In this document: piece after piece, positions 57,201 through 64,000 of the stretch | Numbering within the stretch: position 1 is the first letter of the stretch | Layout: the number at the start of each line of letters is the position of its first letter | From: Anaerolineales bacterium | Lineage (GTDB): Bacteria; Chloroflexota; Anaerolineae; Anaerolineales; UBA4823 | Reading direction: 5' to 3' | Assembly: GCA_035341015.1 (NCBI GenBank) | Contig: DAOQUL010000002.1 | Coordinates: 43,360-107,359 of the forward strand | Length of the DNA: 64,000 nt | Notes under the pieces: model-generated | Told to the model about the DNA's origin: nothing | The model's database searches: none | What the model saw: the letters and a program-made list of their open reading frames with translations, nothing else | Position numbers and translations under genes: made by a program

Positions 57201-59772
57201 CGGGAACCAGGCTCACATCCAACCATACATCACCCTGGGCAGAGATGTCCACCGCGGCTGTTGCGCTCAGGTAATTGGCCCCACCAAAAATCACCTCATA
57301 CTCCCCAGTATACAACCATGCCGAATAATAGCCGTTATCTGGCACGCTGAGCGTGCTGCTGACTGGGTCTCCATCCACGATCTCGACCCATGCATCAACC
57401 GCATCCAATGTGCAATTGTCGACCACATTCCCGTGCAAATGCCCCATGCCAGCGGGCGGCGCCACCGTCATTGTCACCGGAATCGTCAACGAAGGGCTGC
57501 CGGTCAGGTTAAGAATAGTGTTGTAATCGCCTGGCTGGTCGATACCGGCTGCCAGCGTGGCAGTAAAAGACAACGTAAAGGGCAGATCTCCGGGCAGCGT
57601 GCTGCTGGCAGGGATGGTGCTCGTCAGGGGATTCTCGCCCAGCCAGGGTACATCGGTTGAGCCTTCCTCAAATTCAAAATCGTAAGGCAGAGGCAGCCGG
57701 TTGTAGAGGCTTCCAGTGAGCGTACCCGTAGCATCCCAATCCAGCCAGGCATGCACAGGCCCAGGCACAAAAGCCACCCAGGCGGTTAACATGAAATCTT
57801 GCTGCAAAGCCACTCCTGAGCGCATATCGACCAGCGCAGAAGCAGGCGCATAGTTTTGCATCGTCACCGTCACAACATGCAGGCCCTCGTCAAGGTACAT
57901 CTCATAGGAACCGTCGGGCCGGGTAACCACCGAAGTCCCGTCATCTGCATCCACCGCGGCGCCGCCCAACCCAAAACCATTGTCGGCATCCCGCGCATAG
58001 CCCAAGAGCATCCCGCGCCGCGTCATGGCAATATCTTGCACGGTGATCATCGCAGCAGTGACCTCTACCCCCGAATCGATTTCGGTGGCATATTCGGGAT
58101 GAACGGCTGTCACGGTATAAACCCCAGTCAAGGCCATGATCTGGTATGCACCGGCCGCGTCGGTCACAGCCGAGGGACTGCTGCTTACCAACCCCGATAC
58201 AGCCGTCACCACAACCCCAGCAATTGGGTCACCGCTGGCAGAATCTGTGACAGCGCCAGCCAGGTAGCCGGTGCTACCGCAGGCCTGCAAGCCCGCTGCA
58301 TACACATCCAGGTGACCATACCCATACGAGTAGTTACCCTGCCCACTTAGCGGAGCGCCGCAGCTCCCGGCTGGGGCGGCGCTGGCTGTATCTTGCAATA
58401 GTTGAAAAGTCTTATCGATTTGCCCCACCAGGCCTGGGTTGCAAGCCCACAGCAGTGCCACCGCCCCCGCCGAATGCGGCGAGGCCATCGAAGTGCCGTT
58501 GATGCAGGCATATTTGTTCGTTGGATAGCTCGAACACACATTGACGCCAGGGGCCGAAATATTGGGTTTTGTGTAAGGGATATCGTCAAAGCTGCCGGGG
58601 CCGCGGCTGGAGAAAAAAGCAACGCCGCCGCTCATGTCGTGTGCCCCTGAAGTAAAAGATTCGGGGTATTCGCCGGGCGAGGTCAGGGTAGCACACCCTG
58701 AGCCGCCATTGCCGGCCGAGAAGGCCGGGAAGATGCCCGCATCCACCCAGGCTTGCACCTTTGCTTGATACCACAGATCGCCGCGAGCGCCATCCCATGA
58801 ATTATTGACCACGTGAGGGCGATTAGCAGGATCACCGCCCGGAGCCAGGATCCAATCTGCACAGGCATTCACGGCCAAATCGCTGCAAGATTCACCCACA
58901 CAGCCCCGGCAGGCAATCCACTGTGCGTCGGGCGCCATCCCCACCTGGTAAGCCAGGCTCGCGTCATTATCGCCAACCATCGTCCCCATGGTGTGCGTGC
59001 CGTGTCCATCTGGGTCACAAGGCCCGGTTGTACAAGTGCCTGCCGGATCAAACCAACAAGCCGGGTCAGCCGGGTTGGCACTGCATTTGTACGATTGGTC
59101 CAGGGCGGGGTGAGTCCACTGCACACCAGTATCAATATTTGCCACCACAATCCCCTGGCCTTCGGCATCGAAAAATGACCAGAAATCATCTGCTCGCGCA
59201 TACGAGATGCCCCAGGCCAATGAGCTGCCTGAGGCAGTGGGAGCTGCCAGCATGTCATAGGCCAACAGGTCGCCGGCCCAATGCAGACCAGCCGCAGGGT
59301 TTGAGGGCTGAGGCGGCTCAATGTGATACGTGCGGGTGGCACGGATGCTTGCCACCTCACCCAAAGACGCCAGGTCATAGGCCGCCTTTAAATTACCGCT
59401 GTCGACATACAATTCATTACCGGCGATGAAGGTACGATACTCCAGGCCCATTGCGTCCAAGAAGCCCCGGGCCTTGGCCTGGCTGCGGCGGGCAGTTTCG
59501 CTTAACCTGCTGTACACGAATTGACCGCGCGCCTCCCAATCCATGTCATAGGCCGCCGAAAGGTCAGCCTGTTCGGCAAAGCGCACAATGAAGTCGGTGT
59601 GTTGACCCTGGGCTGAAAGTTGGCTCATTAAAGCCGCCTCAATCTTATCTTCCCCCTGGCTGGCTGGTATATCCAGAGTGCCAGCCCTGGCATCAGCGGG
59701 GTGAGCCAGGCTCAACAAGATGCCACTGATCAACAATACCGACCATAACCTCTGCAACACCGGGGATGTCAT
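54262..59772 (-). CDS. giant secreted subtilisin-like (S8) protease with accessory domains
   Basis: About 1836 aa from ATG 59772, which has an AGGAG SD and a signal peptide ending AHPADA. An I9-like propeptide precedes the catalytic Asp (ANIDTGV), His (HGTHTMG) and Ser (GTSMASPH). Two CarboxypepD_reg-like domains, a flavodoxin/GATase1-like block and two PKD domains (DFGDGVT) follow. Four DUF11 repeats complete the protein. Confidence 0.85.
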   Translation of the reverse strand: MTSPVLQRLWSVLLISGILLSLAHPADARAGTLDIPASQGEDKIEAALMSQLSAQGQHTDFIVRFAEQADLSAAYDMDWEARGQFVYSRLSETARRSQAKARGFLDAMGLEYRTFIAGNELYVDSGNLKAAYDLASLGEVASIRATRTYHIEPPQPSNPAAGLHWAGDLLAYDMLAAPTASGSSLAWGISYARADDFWSFFDAEGQGIVVANIDTGVQWTHPALDQSYKCSANPADPACWFDPAGTCTTGPCDPDGHGTHTMGTMVGDNDASLAYQVGMAPDAQWIACRGCVGESCSDLAVNACADWILAPGGDPANRPHVVNNSWDGARGDLWYQAKVQAWVDAGIFPAFSAGNGGSGCATLTSPGEYPESFTSGAHDMSGGVAFFSSRGPGSFDDIPYTKPNISAPGVNVCSSYPTNKYACINGTSMASPHSAGAVALLWACNPGLVGQIDKTFQLLQDTASAAPAGSCGAPLSGQGNYSYGYGHLDVYAAGLQACGSTGYLAGAVTDSASGDPIAGVVVTAVSGLVSSSPSAVTDAAGAYQIMALTGVYTVTAVHPEYATEIDSGVEVTAAMITVQDIAMTRRGMLLGYARDADNGFGLGGAAVDADDGTSVVTRPDGSYEMYLDEGLHVVTVTMQNYAPASALVDMRSGVALQQDFMLTAWVAFVPGPVHAWLDWDATGTLTGSLYNRLPLPYDFEFEEGSTDVPWLGENPLTSTIPASSTLPGDLPFTLSFTATLAAGIDQPGDYNTILNLTGSPSLTIPVTMTVAPPAGMGHLHGNVVDNCTLDAVDAWVEIVDGDPVSSTLSVPDNGYYSAWLYTGEYEVIFGGANYLSATAAVDISAQGDVWLDVSLVPDRPCVAVTDELIEAWVLSGTAVYTDPFGVEIINNGGQALQYEIVKQPGRIQLDGGIAAASPDVLLLHAGDNIVTIRSQLLALGGLGVVDGFDARYATPALAQLQAYDVVITWSAALYQDPTGIGNVLADYVDGGGKVINMMFALGTDFWAMGGRFMDEAYTAMNGTIVLSTASCLGTYNAEHPIMAGVPAICEAYPLDATYLTTGSEEVARFQNDELFVAVKTGRTVVSIAGYIWTTGMDVVMHNAILWLVGVSAVDLPWTRVEPVIGTIPAGERVNVAIVMSALSNTLPLPLGDYAAEYAIIENSPLGEMPRFDVLMHIADEFLAPAATFDVDGDHCLGDVVVLTDTTQAGIPPGIEGQWDFGDGVTMTAGAENVSHTYAAAGVYTITLTACNEFGCDTEDAVIAITVPPTPSFAQFAHGLTLALTNTSLGAASYLWDFGDGVTSTLASPTHAYVASGAYTVTLWAINNCGMGVVEKQVVVMALADLALNKSARPDAVLVGDEVTYTLSLANHGPDDALNAALTDTLPISTTFVSASLPCTHAAGVVSCELGVLDSGEVLTAEVVVTADALGLLTNRAWVWSATFDPHEEDNDTAADVIVSRHLADLSSLNEGPALVKQGDILTYTLTVNNAGPDPALAVVLTDTLPAGIAFVSADASCNHMHGIVICNLGDIVPGGVAAVEIVAAANAAGVFTNLAVVRSAVVDPDGDNNDAALETTVRAVTADLSLVKSGPALAKVGEMLVYTLTITNAGPDGAFHVMVTDTLPVEVTFISADALCLEAAHIVTCDLGNLASGDEASVEIVTRAGGAGLLINRAAAWSELLDPNSANNGAIFETLVQTTTADLLLVKDGLAVVGEGETIAYTLTVTNAGPDDAVQVKLVDTLPLSVTFVSATAPCLHAISVVTCELGNIPIDSTQVISITVAAPEVSGSLVNHAILTSHTADPDETNNADAFEALIVKDEWVVFVPICLLGSRVSR
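54322..55746 (-). repeat. four tandem ~357-360-nt coding repeats (DUF11 / conserved-repeat domains)
   Basis: The units are 55746-55387, 55386-55030, 55029-54673 and 54672-54322. Each begins ADL and contains (Y)TLT(V/I)(T/N)NAGPD, TDTLP, a Cys pair and a D-P-x-x-x-N-N end. Confidence 0.8.
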
Positions 59773-59850
59773 GGCAAATCTCCTGAGCCGCTCAAATCGC
59801 AAGAAAAAAAACCGCCGATTAAGAGACAAACACTCTTTGTTTCTACAAAT

Positions 59851-59859
59851 AATATACCA
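59851..59859 (-). promoter_or_regulatory. possible extended -10 promoter (TGgTATATT) for the protease gene
   Basis: On the minus strand, tggtatatt lies about 80 nt upstream of ATG 59772. There is no convincing -35 box. Confidence 0.3.
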
Positions 59860-59940
59860 CTAAAACCGAAGGGCCAAAAGACTGCCCCAAGCCCGGCACA
59901 ACCAAAGCACAAAGCTTTTAGGCTTTCGATCGGTTTTAGG

Positions 59941-59949
59941 TGCTATAAT
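59941..59949 (+). promoter_or_regulatory. possible extended -10 promoter (TGcTATAAT) for the soluble GAF kinase
   Basis: tgctataat spans 59941-59949, 18 nt before ATG 59968. No SD is present in the short leader. Confidence 0.4.
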
Positions 59950-59967
59950 TTATTAAAGTATTGCAAA

Positions 59968-62691
59968 ATGAGTGAAAACACTGCCCTGACCCTTCAATTG
60001 AAAGAAGCATGTAAACAATCCGGCGCACGCTGGGCAGTTTGGCTTGAGCGCGTTCAGGATGCGTGGCAGCCATGCGAACAGCATAACCTGACCCAAGCCC
60101 GCCTGAAAGCGCTGGTAGCTTATTTGCAAGTCGTCGAGACGGCCGAATGGTTGGCCGGCACACTGGGCAGCCAACGCGTACGCTCGCGCAGCACAGGTCA
60201 GCATGCACAAGCTCTGGGCTGCCAACGGCTGTATGCTTTTCCCCATGCCACCACTCACTCTTTGCTCTTGGTTGGCGCACAAGCACTTGACCGCCAGGGA
60301 GAGGGCATGTTTCGCATCGTAACGCTGGGCAGCCACTCTGCCATGATCGTCCCGCCTGTCATTGACGACGCCGAACAGGGCCAGGCATCTCGGGCTGCCA
60401 GCAGCGAGACCAAACTAGCCGATGCGCATGAACCGCCTGTACTGCCCATAGAAGCCGGCATCGAGGCATCTTACGATCCCCAGGCCGCTCTAGAACGGGT
60501 ATTATCCTTTTTAGCCCGCCAGATTGCCTGCCAGGCCGCTTACCTTGCTATCCGCAGCGGCGAGACTTTCCACGTCCAGGCAGCCTGGAACTGCCCGGTT
60601 GAGGTACAGGGTACCGACATCTCGATCGGGAACGACAAACCCCTGGCAAGCATCGTCATCACCCGCAAGGGATTACTGATCGAAGATACAGCCAATTTTC
60701 CCCTTGACCGGGGGTTCACATTGTATGCCCCCCTGTCTTCAGCCGGCTTACTTGGCTCATGGATGGGCTTGCCGGTCAAGATCGGCCAACGCATCATTGG
60801 CATCACAGCTTTTACCGCCCGCCAGCCGGGCGCTTTTAGCGCTTCTGATCTAGCCAAGATGGGAGAGCGCGTTGCGCGCCTGGCCTATAACATTGAAAAC
60901 GCCATCATCTTTGGCGAGGTGACCCACTACCTGCAGCAATTGGCACTGTTGAATGAGCTGGCTTCTACCGCCTCGCTGGGATTGGATACTGACCAGGGCA
61001 AGCCGCAGGATGAGTTTGCGCGCCGCGTGATGATGCGGCTGCGTAGAACCTTCAAAGCAGATTGGGCCGCCGTACTGCTCTTATCGCCAGATGGGAAAAC
61101 CCTGCAAGAATACGGCGGCGGGTCGCACCTGGCACCAGCCTGGGAAGTGCCCGTAGAAAGCAGCCTAATGGGCCTGGCAGTTCAAAAAGGCCTGCCGGTG
61201 CGCATCGGAGACGTGCACACTGCCACGCGCTACTTCCCAATCCACCCCGATTTTCGCTCTGAGCTGGCTGTGCCACTTAAATACCGCGGCCGGATCATCG
61301 GCGTTTTGGTGTTGGTCAGCGTTCAACCCAATGCCTTCAGCCGTCCTGATGAACAGTTGTTGATCGTAATTGCCTCGCAAATGGCCGGCCTTTTTGAGAA
61401 TATGCGCCTGAACGAAGAAACGCGCGAGCGCGCCCAAAAGCTGGCCGACAGCGTCCGCCAATTAGAGGCTGTGCGCGATACGTCTCTGGATATCGCCGGC
61501 GACCTGGATTTTGACACCTTGCTTTCGCGCCTGACCATCCGCGCCCGCGACCTGGTGGGCGCACGCGGGGCTGAGCTGGGGCTGTACAATGAACACGAGC
61601 AAATCGTTGAGGTTGTGATCTCAGATGCCCCGTGGGAACACGTCCAGGGCAGCCAGATTCCTCTCATGGCTGGGGTCGCCGGACGGCTGGCAGCTTTTGG
61701 AGAGCCCATTGTAGTGGATGATTACAACACCTGGCCTGGCAGGCTGCTTCCGCATCGCAAGGCCTCCTTCAGGGCCGTTGCCGGGGTGCCCCTGAAATTC
61801 AAGGGCCAGGTGATCGGCACCCTCACCGTGTTAGACGACCGCCCCGACAAGACTTTTAAGAGTGAAGATGTCAACCTGCTGGAGCTTCTGGCCCCTCAGG
61901 CTGCCATCTCTATTCGCAACGCCCGCCTGTATCAGGAATTGCAAGAGCGCATCAAAGCCCAGCAAGTGGCCGAGGCTCGCCTGGTGCGTTCAGCCCGCCT
62001 GGCCGCGGTTGGCGAAATGGCTGCCGGTGTGGCACACGAGTTGAATAATCCCCTTACCACGGTGGCGGGCTTCGCAGAGCTGATCTTGCAAGATCTAGAA
62101 CCCGGATCGCCATTCAGAGAAGATCTGGAATTGGTATTGGCAGAGGCCGAACGGGCGCGCCACGTGGTGCGCAGGCTCTTGGATTTCTCTCGCCCGGTGG
62201 AAGACCAGCGCACAAAAACCGATCTGAACGAGCTGGTAAAGGGTGTACTGCTCCTGGTCAACCACCTGACGCGTACCAGCAATGTCAAGATTGTGCTTGA
62301 GCTAAACGAAAACTTGCCCTGGGTAATGCTGGATCCCAACCAGATCAAGCAGGTCTTTCTTAACCTGGTGCACAATGCACTCCAAGCCATGCCCAAAGGT
62401 GGCAAGCTGACCGTCACCACCGGACAAGAAGAACACGAAAGCGGTGGACGCCAACAAACCTGGGCGATACTGGCTGTGCGCGATACCGGCGAAGGCATTC
62501 CGCCTGAAAATGTAGAAAAGCTATTTGAGCCTTTCTTTTCTACGCGCCCGCCTGGCAAAGGCACGGGGTTGGGCTTATCGGTGAGCTACGGCATCATATC
62601 CAGTCACGGGGGCTTCATCGACGTAGAAAGCAAGCCTGGACAGGGAAGCTGTTTTACCATTTACTTACCGCAGGAGATGAATGGTGCCTGA
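59968..62691 (+). CDS. cytoplasmic multi-GAF sensor histidine kinase
   Basis: 907 aa with no TM helices. At least three GAF-like blocks (...VPLK(Y/F)(R/K)G(R/Q)(I/V)IG...) are followed by the H-box AHELNNPLT and an ATPase with DTGEGIP and GTGLGLS. Confidence 0.85.
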   Translation: MSENTALTLQLKEACKQSGARWAVWLERVQDAWQPCEQHNLTQARLKALVAYLQVVETAEWLAGTLGSQRVRSRSTGQHAQALGCQRLYAFPHATTHSLLLVGAQALDRQGEGMFRIVTLGSHSAMIVPPVIDDAEQGQASRAASSETKLADAHEPPVLPIEAGIEASYDPQAALERVLSFLARQIACQAAYLAIRSGETFHVQAAWNCPVEVQGTDISIGNDKPLASIVITRKGLLIEDTANFPLDRGFTLYAPLSSAGLLGSWMGLPVKIGQRIIGITAFTARQPGAFSASDLAKMGERVARLAYNIENAIIFGEVTHYLQQLALLNELASTASLGLDTDQGKPQDEFARRVMMRLRRTFKADWAAVLLLSPDGKTLQEYGGGSHLAPAWEVPVESSLMGLAVQKGLPVRIGDVHTATRYFPIHPDFRSELAVPLKYRGRIIGVLVLVSVQPNAFSRPDEQLLIVIASQMAGLFENMRLNEETRERAQKLADSVRQLEAVRDTSLDIAGDLDFDTLLSRLTIRARDLVGARGAELGLYNEHEQIVEVVISDAPWEHVQGSQIPLMAGVAGRLAAFGEPIVVDDYNTWPGRLLPHRKASFRAVAGVPLKFKGQVIGTLTVLDDRPDKTFKSEDVNLLELLAPQAAISIRNARLYQELQERIKAQQVAEARLVRSARLAAVGEMAAGVAHELNNPLTTVAGFAELILQDLEPGSPFREDLELVLAEAERARHVVRRLLDFSRPVEDQRTKTDLNELVKGVLLLVNHLTRTSNVKIVLELNENLPWVMLDPNQIKQVFLNLVHNALQAMPKGGKLTVTTGQEEHESGGRQQTWAILAVRDTGEGIPPENVEKLFEPFFSTRPPGKGTGLGLSVSYGIISSHGGFIDVESKPGQGSCFTIYLPQEMNGA

Positions 62692-64000
62692 TCGCACACG
62701 CAATATACCCCCGTCGCCAGCAAAAAACGTCCTCACTGCTGAAGCAAGAACAGCCAGTGGACCGGCAGTGTTTGTGGTGGATGATGAGCCGGGGATCATT
62801 CGCTTGTGCGAGCGGCTCTTGACCCGGGCAGGTTACCAAGTTTATGCCTTCACCGACGCCCAAGAGATGCTGCAAATCTTACCCCAACACCAGGCCAGCC
62901 TGCTGCTGGTCGATATCCGCATGCCAGGCCTGGATGGATTTCAAGTGGTCAAGCTGGCCCGCCAGCAGCACCCAGACCTGGCCGTGGTGATCATGACGGG
63001 GTTTGGTACCGTTGAAACCGCAATCGAGGCCTTGCGCGAAGGCGCCGATGGTTTGATCTTGAAGCCTTTCTCAGGTATAGATCTGACCAGCAGCGTTACG
63101 CGCGCCCTTCAACAAAGCCTGCACAAACAAGATGTACTGCGCCTACAAGCCTTACGCCCGCTGTTCAATGTGACCGAGACGTTGTTCAGCGAAACCAATC
63201 CCCGCCGCCTGCGCACCCTGATCTTAGAGGCCGTACGCGGCCATTTAAAATGCCGTTATGCCGAGCTTTACCGGGTTAAAGAGACCAGCAAGTCTTCTTC
63301 AGCCGGCCGCGAGAGGCGAGCCAAGAAAGCTCCCAGCGCCATCAAGCCGTCTGAGAGCAAGCCAAGCTCTGCCAGCCTGGGTGCGTTGGTAGAATGGCTG
63401 TTGGAAAAGGAAACCGATTCTGAAGAACAGAGCCAGCCAGGCAAAACCAGGAGCGGTAAAACCATACCCATATCAAACAATCGTGTGACAGCACCGGTTT
63501 TATTCAATGATCAACCGGGCTCCGGCATCCGGTCTTTGATGTGCGCCCCGATGAGCCTTGCAACAATGGGCCAGCAAAACACCGGATGGGATCAGGCGAA
63601 CCACCTGCTGATTGCAGCCCGGGCAGAAAACGAGCCTCCTTTCCGCGAATCTGACCTGGAAATGTTTGCCATCCTGGCCCGGCAGGCAGCCATCGCCCAA
63701 GAAAACGCTCGGTTGCAAGCCGAACTGCGGGAGTATATTCGCCAGCTAGAGAATTCGCAGCGCGCCTTGATCCAGGCGGAAAAAATGGCCATTGCCGGCC
63801 GGTTAACGGCTTCGATCGCCCACGAGATCAATAATCCCCTCCAGGCAGTACAAAACTGTGTCCACCTGGCCGGGCGGGTTGAACTGGCAGATCGAGAGCG
63901 CCAAAATTACCTGGCCCTTGCACAAAGCGAGCTCGAACGCTTGATGCAAACCGTTCAGCGCATGCTTGATTTTTACCGGCCAACAGCCCTGGACCGCAAA
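62681..64000 (+). CDS. hybrid REC-GAF-histidine kinase, 3'-truncated by window edge
   Basis: It is not in the ORF track because no stop falls in the window. My own translation from ATG 62681 (AGGAG SD, 11-nt overlap with the upstream kinase) is open to 64000. The receiver reads VFVVDDEP...LLLVDIRMPGLDG...LKPF. A GAF-like region and the H-box ASIAHEINNPLQ follow. Confidence 0.8.
   Translation, partial: MVPDRTRNIPPSPAKNVLTAEARTASGPAVFVVDDEPGIIRLCERLLTRAGYQVYAFTDAQEMLQILPQHQASLLLVDIRMPGLDGFQVVKLARQQHPDLAVVIMTGFGTVETAIEALREGADGLILKPFSGIDLTSSVTRALQQSLHKQDVLRLQALRPLFNVTETLFSETNPRRLRTLILEAVRGHLKCRYAELYRVKETSKSSSAGRERRAKKAPSAIKPSESKPSSASLGALVEWLLEKETDSEEQSQPGKTRSGKTIPISNNRVTAPVLFNDQPGSGIRSLMCAPMSLATMGQQNTGWDQANHLLIAARAENEPPFRESDLEMFAILARQAAIAQENARLQAELREYIRQLENSQRALIQAEKMAIAGRLTASIAHEINNPLQAVQNCVHLAGRVELADRERQNYLALAQSELERLMQTVQRMLDFYRPTALDRK

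Noticed and set aside
1-64000. A search by eye for CRISPR arrays, tRNA or rRNA genes, IS or transposase ends, integrases, toxin-antitoxin pairs and known defence genes.
   Set aside because: I found no regularly spaced direct repeats, cloverleaf-capable gaps, terminal inverted repeats or recognisable mobile or defence protein motifs. Apart from the T-box leader, intergenic space is at most about 200 nt.

Overview
This is a gene-dense, GC-rich chromosomal segment with about 50 CDS on both strands. I saw no rRNA, tRNA, CRISPR array, transposase or prophage signature. All protein calls rest on motifs read by eye in the supplied translations, with no HMM or BLAST search. The content suggests a Chloroflexota (Anaerolineae-like) genome, but that is a guess: many multi-GAF sensor kinases, membrane-anchored proteins with Pro/Thr linkers, DUF11 repeats, a MoxR/DUF58/VWA set and a T-box. 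Layout: (1) 1-12.4 kb is housekeeping: sucCD, a stand-alone acpP, fni plus a polyprenyl synthase, hemW, a LysM protein, trxB, ilvE, a UbiB-like kinase, a tandem Usp and a divergent Na/Pi-cotransporter-like protein. (2) 12.5-18.1 kb holds a Cys-rich hypothetical translationally coupled to a heterodimeric ABC exporter, followed by a DUF4032-type kinase-like protein. (3) 18.1-23.5 kb holds a 1369-aa PDZ-like/multi-TM/4xGAF histidine kinase and a stand-alone FIST protein, bounded by an apparently leaderless promoter and a 21-bp terminator. (4) 23.5-25.3 kb holds a stand-alone trpB2 behind a ~366-nt T-box leader with a Trp (UGG) specifier and a consensus sigma70 promoter. (5) 25.3-34.0 kb is a long minus-strand array, nusA-ylxR-infB-rbfA-nrnA-truB-ribF-thyA-folA. 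(6) 34.2-49.7 kb holds two converging arms of an uncharacterised membrane system. The plus arm is BatA-like VWA, ABC-2 transporter, SDR, double-VWA protein and GAF kinase; the minus arm is MoxR, DUF58, DUF4129 and an HDAC-like protein. (7) 49.7-59.8 kb holds GH127, plsC, a lipid kinase, a small ectodomain protein and a ~1836-aa S8 protease with PKD domains and four tandem DUF11 repeats. (8) 60-64 kb holds a soluble multi-GAF kinase overlapping a REC-GAF-kinase hybrid. The most noteworthy items are the Trp T-box/trpB2 unit, the MoxR/VWA/ABC-2/kinase supercluster, the giant protease and the Cys-rich/ABC/DUF4032 unit. None is demonstrably a new system from sequence alone.
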